Virus record (IMG/VR): IMGVR_UViG_3300035670_000361
Span: 1 to 47,034 of that record
Reading direction: 5' to 3' (one strand)
Source: a virus
Taxonomy: Duplodnaviria; Caudoviricetes
DNA: 47,034 bases
Numbering within the stretch: the first letter of the stretch is position 1; each line of letters opens with the position of its first letter. The translations under genes and the position numbers were made by a program. This document shows positions 27,902-36,985 of this stretch, one piece after another. The notes below the pieces were generated by a model that searched no databases, was not told the DNA's origin, and saw nothing but the letters and a program-made list of their open reading frames with translations.

Positions 27902-28734
27902 TTGGATCCTTTAATTGTCTCGAGGATATCCTCGTAGGTGGGGTTGGTGAGAAAATCCGGCAGCGAGATGCTGCGAGGCTTTCGGAATTTCGTTATATAC
28001 GAGGCACTAGGCCCCAGTCGAATACAATATTCTTGAACCTCCTTCTCTCTTTTCTTTTTGCCGATACCTACGGACTTTTTCACGGTCCGAATGAAAGTGC
28101 AGCCGATGACTTGTGCGGCAGCACATAGATGGTTCATCACGGAAGGAGACAGGCTGGGGCCCACTTCGGGATCGAGTTCACCCTCGTTCTCCCCGTCCTC
28201 TCCCACGTTGAAGGTTCGCTGCTGGGCCGTGAATACCACTTCCAGGGGCAGGTCCCGGAAATTGGTAATCCAGGTTTTCATGTAGCCAGCAACCTCCCCC
28301 CATTGCTGCTTGGTCATGACGCCCCAGTCAGTGGGCTGTTTCCCCAGTTTCGTCGCCTTTGCCCCCACGATATCCAGAACCTTCAAGAACTGCCACATGG
28401 TAACCGTGTCCAGGATCACCGTTTGGTACTTGTTGGGGTTCTGCTTCAACCACCAATAGGCTTCTTCGATCTCCTCGATGGTTGTGACCGGAAGTACGTC
28501 CAGCTCCTTGACATCCAGGATACTGTCAGTGCCCTCGTCCCGAATGTCGATCAGCAGTTTCTTCCCCGGAAAGGTTGAGGCCAACGTGGTTTTGCCCGAG
28601 GCGCTTCGGCCGTAGAATACCCAAGTCCGGTGCCTCTGAAGCTCACTTGCCTTTCTGACTGGCAAGGACTTGGGAGTGGTCGATCCTGTGGATGACCTCG
28701 CCGTCTTCATCGTCTTTTTTGCCCTTAGAGCCAC
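27898..28734 (-). CDS. AAA_24 / Sak4-like ATPase
   Basis: YGRSASGKTTLA, TVILDT, QQWGEV. Confidence 0.88.
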   Translation of the reverse strand: MALRAKKTMKTARSSTGSTTPKSLPVRKASELQRHRTWVFYGRSASGKTTLASTFPGKKLLIDIRDEGTDSILDVKELDVLPVTTIEEIEEAYWWLKQNPNKYQTVILDTVTMWQFLKVLDIVGAKATKLGKQPTDWGVMTKQQWGEVAGYMKTWITNFRDLPLEVVFTAQQRTFNVGEDGENEGELDPEVGPSLSPSVMNHLCAAAQVIGCTFIRTVKKSVGIGKKKREKEVQEYCIRLGPSASYITKFRKPRSISLPDFLTNPTYEDILETIKGSN

Positions 28735-29683
28735 TTTCGTATTCCCTTTCTTTGACGTACTCGATGTCTAGTCCCTGAAGTCTCGCCCTGCAAAGAGGTT
28801 CATAATCGCACCAAGAGCAGTGCTTGTCAATATTCATATCGGAGCACTTTCCGTGATTTTCTACCATGCTCCTGATTGTGGACTCGAAGTCCGCAAATAC
28901 CAGATCTACCACACTCCGATTGACGGGGGTATGGATGCGCTGGAAATACTCGCCCCTGTTGCTCTCGGCGGAAGCCATGAGTTGAGGGTATTGGTCCACC
29001 TCCTCTCCTCGCTCCTCAATGGTACGTTCCACAGTCGAGGGTAGCGTGTCGATCCTTTTCTGAGAGAGCGTACCATCCTTCAGGATATCCGGGATTGCCG
29101 GCGGTTTGGATTTGATGTAGTCCCACAGTACGCCATCGAGAGGCTGCCACCCCAGGATATCGTTCGCCCGGAAGTAGGTAACAGATTGCAAGTTTCGCCA
29201 GCGTTCGTCATCACCGGGTTTCCGGGTGTACGTTTTGTGCTCGACCAGCCATCTCAGTTTGTTCGGCGTCTTGGCAAGGGCATCGAGCTTACCGTTCCAG
29301 ATCACGCCGGGGAAAAGCTCAATCTCAAAGGTATGCTCGGCGCCACGATGGGCCTTCCTGATTGGACGAAGTTTGTCACCTTCCCAGAACCGAATATACT
29401 CCGCAATGATGTCCTGAGTGTCGACCAGGATATCGCCGTACTCCTCCCTTTCCTGGGCAAAGAGCTTCATGGCCTTGACGTCTTTCCGAAGCTCCTCAAA
29501 GTACCCCATGGGATCATCCCCGTTGAAGTGGCGTTCCAGGGCCTTATGGATCATCGTCCCGAATTGAAGGGGCCGGGATTTGCGCTTCTTCCTGAGCTTT
29601 TCAACATACCGGTAGTGGTACGCTTGGTGGCACCGACGGAACGTCTTCACCTTCGACTGCGATACCATGAATGGGCTGCTCAT
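28643..29683 (-). CDS. PD-(D/E)XK Cas4-like exonuclease
   Basis: SQS...RC...Y.Y.Y, FGTMIH, GKLD...VEHKT, C-terminal CSWCDYEPLC. Confidence 0.88.
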   Translation of the reverse strand: MSSPFMVSQSKVKTFRRCHQAYHYRYVEKLRKKRKSRPLQFGTMIHKALERHFNGDDPMGYFEELRKDVKAMKLFAQEREEYGDILVDTQDIIAEYIRFWEGDKLRPIRKAHRGAEHTFEIELFPGVIWNGKLDALAKTPNKLRWLVEHKTYTRKPGDDERWRNLQSVTYFRANDILGWQPLDGVLWDYIKSKPPAIPDILKDGTLSQKRIDTLPSTVERTIEERGEEVDQYPQLMASAESNRGEYFQRIHTPVNRSVVDLVFADFESTIRSMVENHGKCSDMNIDKHCSWCDYEPLCRARLQGLDIEYVKEREYESGSKGKKDDEDGEVIHRIDHSQVLASQKGK

Positions 29684-32211
29684 GCGGCTTCCTTCCATTT
29701 TTCATAGATTTCTGGTACGGTAAACTTATTCAGTGTATCAGGTAGGGACAGCTTCAGGACTTCCGCCACCTTCTTGGCCTTCCCAAGGCTAATGCCTTTA
29801 CCCCAGGGGCCGATATCACCGTCGGCCTCAATGGGAACGGTCATCTTGATATCAAACTCATCCATCAAGTCCGGCCATCTCATGATTTCCATCATTCGAT
29901 TGTAGACCTCTTCCACCATGTCATTCCGGACCCGGAACAGCACAGCGTCATGCACAGTGCCACATATCTTGACGACATTGCGACCGTATTCCTTGCGCAG
30001 CTGTATCGCAGCCATGAGGTTCACCTCGTTTGCGAACGATTGCACAGGCGAGTTGATAGCCTGGCGCTCTGCTGCTCGACGCTCAGGCGTATCCTCAGCG
30101 CTTCGTGCCTCGGGCAGTCGACGCTTGCGACCGGACAGCGACTTGACATACCCGTGGCGACGGACGTACTTCTTCTGTCGCTTGTGCCAATCGGGCAAGG
30201 CGGCGTAGTTCTCGAAGAACGTAGTACGTGAGGCTTCGGCCTCCTCATCAGTCACAGTGACGCCATAGTTGTCTCGGGCGTATATCTTGAACTTCTTCCA
30301 CCACATGCCATAGAGATAGCCAAAATTAACGGCCTTGGCTTTCTTTCGGTATTCCTTCCATTCCTTGTTTATCTCTGTGGCAATCTCATGGCCAACCTCC
30401 AATAGGAGTTTAATGGCCTCGGAATAGGGCATATCATTCTTGCCCTTAATGCGACAGGCGGTACCGATGACCAGGTCCTTAAGTCCTCCGCCTCGCTCGA
30501 TTTCACGGATGGCGGTGAGCCAGTGGACATCAATACCGTGAGTGAAGGCATGTATCATCGCCGGCTCACGAGCGAGCTCAGCGGCGATCCTCAGCTCAGC
30601 CTGCGACAGGTCACACTGAATGAGCGTCCAACCCTTCTCGGCTGATATGAGACTCCGGATGCGGGGATCCCTCGGGACTTGTTGGAGGTTAGGGTGCTCG
30701 CATGAAAGTCTTCCCGTAACAGTGCCATGTAGTTTGAATGACGGATGAAGATAATAGCCGCGTGACTGTTTGTGGAGGAAGGGCTTCCATCCGTCAATGA
30801 AGAAGGACAGCTGTTGCTTGGCTTCCCTGAACCGAAGAAGAGCCTCAGTACAAGGGTGATCCAGCCGCTTGATAACGCTCTCACTGCAGGAATAATTCCC
30901 CGCCGCCGTCTTGGGCTCGGGGCTCTTGATTTTGAGATCGACAAAGAGCAATTTGGACAATTGCTGGGATGAGCCCCAATTGAACTTCTGCTTCCTCCCT
31001 TTGGAGTCAAGGACATACTCGGGCTCCCATTCTTTGAGTTCAGCAAGTGCCTTATCATACTGATCACGAAGGACCTCCTCAGCTTCGCCGAATTGATCCA
31101 TATCAATGAAGACGCCATCGTACTCAATCTCCACAAAGAGATTTACACAGGGCATCATGATCTTGTCAAACACCCGCTTAACTTCCGGGTCAGCCAGAAG
31201 CATCTTGCCAAATACATACCGAAGCTTTCGGGTATAGTACAAGTCATGGGCAAGATACTTGCAGTGCTTCTTCAGAGGGACATTCATGCCCTGCTTCTCA
31301 GTCAGGTCGATTTCCCAGTCGGGTGCACCGCAATAAACTTGGGCCAGATATTTAAGGCCATGGCGCATATTCTCATCCAGAAGGAAGTGCGCCAGCATCG
31401 TGTCAAAATCAAGTTCCCATCGGATCCCCAGATGAACCCATGTCCACAGGAGGTCAAACTTTCCGTTGTGGGCTATGAGGACGAAGTCGTCACGGATCTC
31501 ATCGACCCGTTCCATGATCTCTATGACTTCGTCCTGTGTCCAGGGTGACTGTGGATGGTTGACCGGTATGCACCATTGGTTGCGGGCAGTGCCAAACCCC
31601 AAGCTTACTATCTTAGGAACTGGGTCCTGAACCCAGTTATTGTGCTTATCCAGGTGCTGGGTTCGCCACGGGTAGAGTTGTGAGGTCTCGATATCGTAGG
31701 AGATGGAGCCCCTGAGGTCCCTCAACATCTCCTTAACGTCATCCTCGGAAGCCACTATACGGAAGTTGAGTTCCTTTGTTTCGGGTATACCCCCGAACTT
31801 GATCATGTCATCAAGAAACTTTAGGTCCGCTTTCATCACGGCTTCTTGTTTGTCATCGTGACGGATGATCCCCGGGTTATTCATCGGCAGCAGAATGAAA
31901 TTGTCTTGCTTGAGGGGCTTGCCTCTAAGCTTGCTAATACCCGCCTTTCCAGTTAAGGCCTGAAGAGGCGTATTGCCGACTGCTACCACATACTTGAAAC
32001 CGGACAAGCTCTCTTGAAGCTCGTCCTTGGCCTGTTTGATTTCTGTCTTGGTCGCGGACTTACCGTTCTTTGGGGCGCCGGGAAGAACCGATATCCTGGA
32101 GACTTTATACCGTTCTTCCAGCGGTTCCATAATATGCTCAACGGCATCCCAGGTCCTCGCGCAATCATCGGGACTCTCAGTGACTACGGCTATTCGCTCA
32201 TGTCTCGACAA
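29680..32211 (-). CDS. polA: DNA polymerase family A with UDG-like N-terminal domain and 3'-5' exonuclease
   Basis: YDIET, HNGKFD, TGRLS..PNLQQ, DLSQAELR, KAVNFGYLYG, VHDA. Confidence 0.96.
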   Translation of the reverse strand: MSRHERIAVVTESPDDCARTWDAVEHIMEPLEERYKVSRISVLPGAPKNGKSATKTEIKQAKDELQESLSGFKYVVAVGNTPLQALTGKAGISKLRGKPLKQDNFILLPMNNPGIIRHDDKQEAVMKADLKFLDDMIKFGGIPETKELNFRIVASEDDVKEMLRDLRGSISYDIETSQLYPWRTQHLDKHNNWVQDPVPKIVSLGFGTARNQWCIPVNHPQSPWTQDEVIEIMERVDEIRDDFVLIAHNGKFDLLWTWVHLGIRWELDFDTMLAHFLLDENMRHGLKYLAQVYCGAPDWEIDLTEKQGMNVPLKKHCKYLAHDLYYTRKLRYVFGKMLLADPEVKRVFDKIMMPCVNLFVEIEYDGVFIDMDQFGEAEEVLRDQYDKALAELKEWEPEYVLDSKGRKQKFNWGSSQQLSKLLFVDLKIKSPEPKTAAGNYSCSESVIKRLDHPCTEALLRFREAKQQLSFFIDGWKPFLHKQSRGYYLHPSFKLHGTVTGRLSCEHPNLQQVPRDPRIRSLISAEKGWTLIQCDLSQAELRIAAELAREPAMIHAFTHGIDVHWLTAIREIERGGGLKDLVIGTACRIKGKNDMPYSEAIKLLLEVGHEIATEINKEWKEYRKKAKAVNFGYLYGMWWKKFKIYARDNYGVTVTDEEAEASRTTFFENYAALPDWHKRQKKYVRRHGYVKSLSGRKRRLPEARSAEDTPERRAAERQAINSPVQSFANEVNLMAAIQLRKEYGRNVVKICGTVHDAVLFRVRNDMVEEVYNRMMEIMRWPDLMDEFDIKMTVPIEADGDIGPWGKGISLGKAKKVAEVLKLSLPDTLNKFTVPEIYEKWKEAA

Positions 32212-32659
32212 AGACCAGCTCCTTCGTTCTCCAGTCCATGGTATAGCCGGCGGGCGTTATCCGATAGATGGGGAGTTCTCCCTGGATCAGGTGGTCATTG
32301 ATGCGGTAGGGGTGGGCGAAGAAAATGCGCTGGATTATGTCGCCCGATAGGATGGCCTGGAAACAGTCGAGACAGGGACTATCCGTCACGTAGAGGTCCA
32401 GCTTCCTCCTTAAATCCAGTGAGGACGGCAGATACCGAATGGCATTGATTTCGGCATGGGTAGTCTCATGACAGTGGTGCTTTCCCGGGCAGTCATTTCC
32501 CAGGCAGTGCGGGGCGCTAGGTGGCACTCCGTTGTAGCCTATGCTCACTATGCTTCGCCCCTGCACCAGGACAGCACCGACGTTGAGTCTCATGCACGTG
32601 GATCGCTTGGCAACCGTATGGGCGATTTCCATGAACATCTGTGGACGACTAGGTCTCAT
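32198..32659 (-). CDS. dCMP deaminase
   Basis: RSTC, GYNG.P, HAEINAI, SPCLDC. Confidence 0.95.
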   Translation of the reverse strand: MRPSRPQMFMEIAHTVAKRSTCMRLNVGAVLVQGRSIVSIGYNGVPPSAPHCLGNDCPGKHHCHETTHAEINAIRYLPSSLDLRRKLDLYVTDSPCLDCFQAILSGDIIQRIFFAHPYRINDHLIQGELPIYRITPAGYTMDWRTKELVFVET

Positions 32660-33201
32660 AGCCCTATGCCCCTCCTGTACTCATCGTCCAGATTATCGCC
32701 CAGTTCTCGCCACATATTCTGGACCCACTGCGCCTGAGCGTGTGCGTCGTCACCGGCGCTGTGCTTCGTGAGGGGTGCCGGCTTGTGCGCTGAAGGAGCC
32801 AGCATCGCGAGTGTGCGCGTGTCACGCAATGTCCTAAAGTCCCAAGGCTCGACGCCCAGAAGGCTCTTCAGTGTTGCGATGTCGAATGCAGGCCCGTGAG
32901 ACCAAACGCATTCGATTGTACCGTTGCTCAAGATCATCTTGAGGCGCGTGGTAAGGTAAGCGGTGGTGTACACGTCCTCGGGATCAAACACCTTCTGCCG
33001 TGCGATGTCCGGCTGTTGCATCCACCATTTGAGGGTGTCAGCGCGAACCGTTCGCCCCTTGCGAAGCTGCTCGTCAATATCGAGAGCCATCTCCACAGGA
33101 CTGTCCACGCTCTCCCTGTCGAAGATGCACCATCCCACCTGTGTAACTACGGCGGTGGTCGCCGTATCCAGGGTCTCGATGTCGATCATCATATGCTTCA
33201 T
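32656..33201 (-). CDS. DEDDh 3'-5' exonuclease (Rv2179c/DUF5051-like)
   Basis: MIDIETL, TLKWWMQQ, WSHG..FD, RDTRT, H.A.DDA; ATGA overlap gives start 33201. Confidence 0.85.
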   Translation of the reverse strand: MKHMMIDIETLDTATTAVVTQVGWCIFDRESVDSPVEMALDIDEQLRKGRTVRADTLKWWMQQPDIARQKVFDPEDVYTTAYLTTRLKMILSNGTIECVWSHGPAFDIATLKSLLGVEPWDFRTLRDTRTLAMLAPSAHKPAPLTKHSAGDDAHAQAQWVQNMWRELGDNLDDEYRRGIGL

Positions 33202-33545
33202 GGCTTCCATGCCCCCATCACGATCATTATCCCGGCGGCCCAGGCCGCGAATGACAGCAACAGAAGGAAGGGGAGGAGTCGAGTGAGACCCGGCCCCTCG
33301 GGCGTTTCTCGAATGAAAGGGTAGGAGGTTTCGATTGATATGGGGGGGTGGGTATTGCCCCAGCAATGAAACCAGACATGGCCATAAAACAGGCAGGCAA
33401 GTCGCTCACGCCACGTCATCTCCCATTTGCTGATGACCATGCCCCCCTCGGGATGACGCCAAATGGGGAGTGGGTAGACCTTGTCCCCCTGACCCTCAGG
33501 AGGTAGTAATTTGAGATTGGCCTCGGGAAACGATGACCCTTTCAT
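33198..33545 (-). CDS. Hypothetical protein with C-terminal TM helix
   Basis: ATGA overlaps on both sides. Confidence 0.7.
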   Translation of the reverse strand: MKGSSFPEANLKLLPPEGQGDKVYPLPIWRHPEGGMVISKWEMTWRERLACLFYGHVWFHCWGNTHPPISIETSYPFIRETPEGPGLTRLLPFLLLLSFAAWAAGIMIVMGAWKP

Positions 33546-34447
33546 GACTTCATTCCTTCCTTTTTCATGGCGATCATGTCATTGGCAAAGACATGAAGAC
33601 TGGTGCAGTGCATGGTAAACGTACCGGGCCTCATCTCGCCCCAGTAACCGGCCGTATTGTCCCGATTGCGACACTCGTTGAGGACCCACAGAAGCAGCCG
33701 GATGGTCAGGTAGATATCGTCCTGCATGTGGTGAAAGAAGTCGCAGGATCGAAGTGGATAGTAGACATGCAGCCTGCCACCACGCACCCAGAATTGATAG
33801 CCGAGTGAGCACGGTTTTCGACCACCGACAACTTCGCCCACATCTTCGGGATGGAAGATCGGGAACCATTCCTGACGAGAAAGGGGGTTCTTGACGAGTT
33901 GACCGACCAAGTCGTTCAGGTCACCATATTCGTTCCTGATGCCGCGGCGTACTCCCTGCTCGCGCAGGTCATAGCCAACGTCCTCGAGGAATTGCTCGTG
34001 ACTGCGCACGAACTCATCCGCCGTCTTCGTAGGTTCGGCAGCCTTGCCGGCGTACTTCGGCCAGTAGCGTTCCATGTAGTTGTGGTTGAACATCCCGTTT
34101 ATATCACGGAACTTGTCGGCACTTGTACCCCAAGGCCAGTTCGCCCATTCAACGCCGGGGTTGATCGGCGCACCACAGACGCGCTCCTCGAAGTGATTGT
34201 CGGCCCATGGCAGATTGGGTTTCACGTCCTCGCGCCAATGCTGAAGATCCTCGATGCCATCAAGCGAGTGGGTAAAGGTGTAGTTCATCAACTCATAGGT
34301 GGAGAACTCGGGTCGCGGGTCAAGTCCCTGCCAGGGCGAAGATGGAACATTGTGGGAATGGGTCAGGAATAGGTTCCATGTGTGGGCCCGGATGCGTCGG
34401 AAACTGTCCCGTCCCGACAGATAGTTAAAAGGGAGAACCTTCATCAT
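33542..34447 (-). CDS. Thymidylate-synthase-fold enzyme, probably dCMP-modifying
   Basis: SRQ, catalytic PC (RKPCSLGYQF), RSCDFFHHMQDD, SLHVF. Confidence 0.88.
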   Translation of the reverse strand: MMKVLPFNYLSGRDSFRRIRAHTWNLFLTHSHNVPSSPWQGLDPRPEFSTYELMNYTFTHSLDGIEDLQHWREDVKPNLPWADNHFEERVCGAPINPGVEWANWPWGTSADKFRDINGMFNHNYMERYWPKYAGKAAEPTKTADEFVRSHEQFLEDVGYDLREQGVRRGIRNEYGDLNDLVGQLVKNPLSRQEWFPIFHPEDVGEVVGGRKPCSLGYQFWVRGGRLHVYYPLRSCDFFHHMQDDIYLTIRLLLWVLNECRNRDNTAGYWGEMRPGTFTMHCTSLHVFANDMIAMKKEGMKS

Positions 34448-34599
34448 TTGCCCCCTCTCAGGTTCCCCCGAAGCCTTTCGGCAATTCGATGAAGATCCTG
34501 CCGACTGATGCTCCCAGCCCATTCATTCTGCTCAGCCCTGAGCAGTTCGCGGAGGGCCTTCTCCTCCGCGCTTGTTTCGGTGGTCTTATTCCTTGACAT
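34444..34599 (-). CDS. 51-aa hypothetical protein between the two TS-fold genes
   Basis: MSRNKTTETSAEEKALRELLR...; GGAGG RBS; stop/start overlaps. Confidence 0.6.
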   Translation of the reverse strand: MSRNKTTETSAEEKALRELLRAEQNEWAGSISRQDLHRIAERLRGNLRGGK

Positions 34600-35417
34600 C
34601 AGTCCTCCCCTTCCTCATCCGGGTCAATGTAATCGTCTTTCATTCCTGGGTGGTTATCCCCCACATATTCTGTTAGTTCCTCGAGCACATGGGGGTTCAT
34701 CAGCCTGTGGAACATAGTGTGGACTCTCATACCCTGGGCGTACTTTTGGATCCCGCGGTGGTACTCGGGGATAGTATACCGAGCGGTCCATTTCACACAC
34801 CATGTCCAAAAATGGGGATCGACCTTCTCGATGGCCTCAAGAGCGGCGATGGGATCGTCCAGGTTCGGCGCCAGCGTTGCGAAGTACATGGGATGCACCG
34901 TCACGTTGGCGAAGAAGAACGTCAACTTGGTCAGCGGCGCAGGATCGAAATTGAAGGGGGGCAGAAGGACATCCCTGATGAATACCAGGTCTGCCGGGAA
35001 TTTCTTGAAGACCTCGGTCGTTCGATAGAAGGCATGAGCCTCGGTTGTATGATCCCCGTGATAGGTCAGAGACATTGACTGGATACACGGCGTAAGCACA
35101 GAGGCTCGCTTGCTGCCCTTGTTAGGATCGCTCTTCGTGACGTGCCCGTGACAGGTGAAAGAAACACTCCCATACTTCCTCTGACCCAAACGCTTTTTCC
35201 ACAGTGGCACAACTGCATCCCTGGACTCCTCGACCAGATAGAGTCGTTTGAGCATGGCCATCTTGCTGTTGGTGTACCCGGCATGGGACATTTCCAAATC
35301 ATCACGAACATCCGTAAAGGTGCGGACCACGTTGCTGACGATCTTGCGGGCACCGGAAGTCTCTTGAGCCGGCGTAGCCATCATATCCAGGCAGAACCGG
35401 ATCCAATCAGACTTCAT
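34599..35417 (-). CDS. Highly divergent second thymidylate-synthase-fold protein
   Basis: TPCIQSMSL and YRTTEVFKKFPADLVFI align with the TS PC and RSxD-x7-N/D motifs. Confidence 0.6.
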   Translation of the reverse strand: MKSDWIRFCLDMMATPAQETSGARKIVSNVVRTFTDVRDDLEMSHAGYTNSKMAMLKRLYLVEESRDAVVPLWKKRLGQRKYGSVSFTCHGHVTKSDPNKGSKRASVLTPCIQSMSLTYHGDHTTEAHAFYRTTEVFKKFPADLVFIRDVLLPPFNFDPAPLTKLTFFFANVTVHPMYFATLAPNLDDPIAALEAIEKVDPHFWTWCVKWTARYTIPEYHRGIQKYAQGMRVHTMFHRLMNPHVLEELTEYVGDNHPGMKDDYIDPDEEGED

Positions 35418-35691
35418 CGGGAACTCCCAGCTGCTTTCGGATGTTCTCGATTTGGCCGACAAACGTAGCGGCGGCCAGGAACAGCTGTTTTTTCTGATCC
35501 CATTGGGGATCGCGCCTCATCGCCAAGAAGACCTGAGGGTGGATCACTGCTCCGGCCCCTTCAAAGAAGTTGGTCTGGTCGATCAGGTGTTGCCAGTCGA
35601 ATGTACCGAGCAGCTGACAGGCAGATTGCACGGCACTCATAGCCATGTGCATGTCCCCCTCAGTCTCGATCTGCTTTTTGTTCAGGTCCAT
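35407..35691 (-). CDS. Hypothetical protein (94 aa)
   Basis: GGGAG RBS; first gene after an internal promoter. Confidence 0.7.
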   Translation of the reverse strand: MDLNKKQIETEGDMHMAMSAVQSACQLLGTFDWQHLIDQTNFFEGAGAVIHPQVFLAMRRDPQWDQKKQLFLAAATFVGQIENIRKQLGVPDEV

Positions 35692-35709
35692 AGTTGTTCT
35701 CCCGCGTGT

Positions 35710-35738
35710 ATCATACTCAATCCGAAAGTTGAGTGCAA
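35710..35738 (-). promoter_or_regulatory. Internal promoter upstream of the TS-fold pair
   Basis: TTGCAC-17 nt-TATGAT; ACTCAA...TTGAGT inverted repeat spans the spacer. Confidence 0.55.
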
Positions 35739-35749
35739 CGCCGTTTGTC

Positions 35750-36427
35750 TTACGCTCTATCGAAGTGGGGTTGGTGGATGTCGTTTTCCTCGACCAGGTC
35801 AGTGTGCGACGGCTTTTCCCAGCCGGCGGGTTTCACCACGTCGAGCGACGAACCTCGTTTGCTTTGAGTATCGAGTTCAGCTCGGACCTTCTGCATGTTG
35901 GCGACATGGACACGACGCCATGCTTCCGCGAAGACGGTCCCGAAACCATGAAGATGAACGGTGCCGAACAGAACGTAGGCCAGATCCACCATACCATCGA
36001 GAGCTTCTTCCAGATGGAAGGTATAGTTCGCGGCATCCCTCGCCATAAGATTGTGGGTCGTCTCGTTATACGCGGCACACTGGTGCTTCCACCACTCATC
36101 CAGTTCCTCTTGAAGGAACTTGCGGCGGAACTCCATGGTCTCCTTGTCGAGTGCGCCCATCGTAGTTGGTGCTGGTAGATCGAACTTGTCATGGAACTCG
36201 GCGATATCTCGCAACGGGTTGAATGGCTGGGCCTCGACCACTTCACCGATGCACTGGAAACGCCCATCGAAGAACTCATCATACGGTCGAGCAATCAATT
36301 CGCCGTCTGGGTCGCCATGACGCTGATAGATGACCGCATTCTCCCATGTGGCTTCGATCTTCCCCCTGGTCGAAATGACTTCGTAGACATGACCGGTTTT
36401 CTTGTGAAGGTATAGCCTATTTGGCAT
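35750..36427 (-). CDS. MazG-like (PRA-PH/dimeric dUTPase-type) dNTP pyrophosphohydrolase with DUF1653-like N-terminal domain
   Basis: LQEELDE, EALDGMVDLAYV, VH.ANM.K, VKPAGW; N-terminal Y.HKK.G..YEV...VIY...ARP..EF. Confidence 0.82.
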   Translation of the reverse strand: MPNRLYLHKKTGHVYEVISTRGKIEATWENAVIYQRHGDPDGELIARPYDEFFDGRFQCIGEVVEAQPFNPLRDIAEFHDKFDLPAPTTMGALDKETMEFRRKFLQEELDEWWKHQCAAYNETTHNLMARDAANYTFHLEEALDGMVDLAYVLFGTVHLHGFGTVFAEAWRRVHVANMQKVRAELDTQSKRGSSLDVVKPAGWEKPSHTDLVEENDIHQPHFDRA

Positions 36428-36905
36428 TGCAGTACTCCCTGCAGGCTTGAATGATGGGTTCGATCTCATCGCCGATCTCATAGCGATAGTCCGCATGAAC
36501 TGCCGCCCAAACCCTGTAGGCGGCTCGGATTTGATGGTCGAAGCGTTCGATCATCCCCACATGCTCAGGCGTGTCATAGTCCTTGAGTTCATGGCCCTTG
36601 TCAAGGCCACGGTTGTTGTCGCAAAAGATAATGAGTGGCTTCCTCGCATAGAACTCATCCAGTACATCCTGTGGGATCATCGTCGCCCCTTCACGAAACC
36701 GCCCATAGATTGGTTGCGAGGTCACGGGATGCCTGTCAAACAAACAGTTGTCCATCCGGAGATATCGACGGGCCCTTTCCACGATCTCACCTTTATATTG
36801 TTCGGGCCCCCGTCCGGGCGTGTACATCAAGGGAACGTGTTGCGCAATCATATGCGCGAGTGTCGATTTACCCGATCCATCGGGGCCTTCGAGCACGATA
36901 TTCAT
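36417..36905 (-). CDS. dNMP kinase (thymidylate-kinase-like)
   Basis: IVLEGPDGSGKSTL, FDRH..SQPIYG. Confidence 0.85.
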   Translation of the reverse strand: MNIVLEGPDGSGKSTLAHMIAQHVPLMYTPGRGPEQYKGEIVERARRYLRMDNCLFDRHPVTSQPIYGRFREGATMIPQDVLDEFYARKPLIIFCDNNRGLDKGHELKDYDTPEHVGMIERFDHQIRAAYRVWAAVHADYRYEIGDEIEPIIQACREYCNAK

Positions 36906-36920
36906 TGGAAGCCTTTCACA

Positions 36921-36970
36921 GTTGACTATCGCATTTGACCAGTTTAATGTCAAGTCACACCACTGTCAAC
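36921..36970. promoter_or_regulatory. Divergent control region with two tandem leftward promoters
   Basis: Minus strand TTGACA-17-TAAACT (36969-36941) and TTGACA-17-GATAGT (36953-36925); four TTGAC half-sites. Confidence 0.7.
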
Positions 36971-36985
36971 CTAGGAAATCCCGTT

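Noticed and set aside
26927-27937. Long + strand ORFs opposite the acidic SSB-like gene, including a Ser-rich one
   Set aside because: Mirror of GAC/GAG-rich codons on the coding strand
28643-29683. Cas4-like gene as a sign of CRISPR-Cas
   Set aside because: No array or other cas genes; sits in a standard exonuclease-ATPase-SSB module
33542-34447. Ordinary ThyA or SPO1-like dUMP hydroxymethylase, suggested by the nearby dCMP deaminase
   Set aside because: Asp rather than Asn at the specificity position favours dCMP; disfavoured but not excluded without biochemistry
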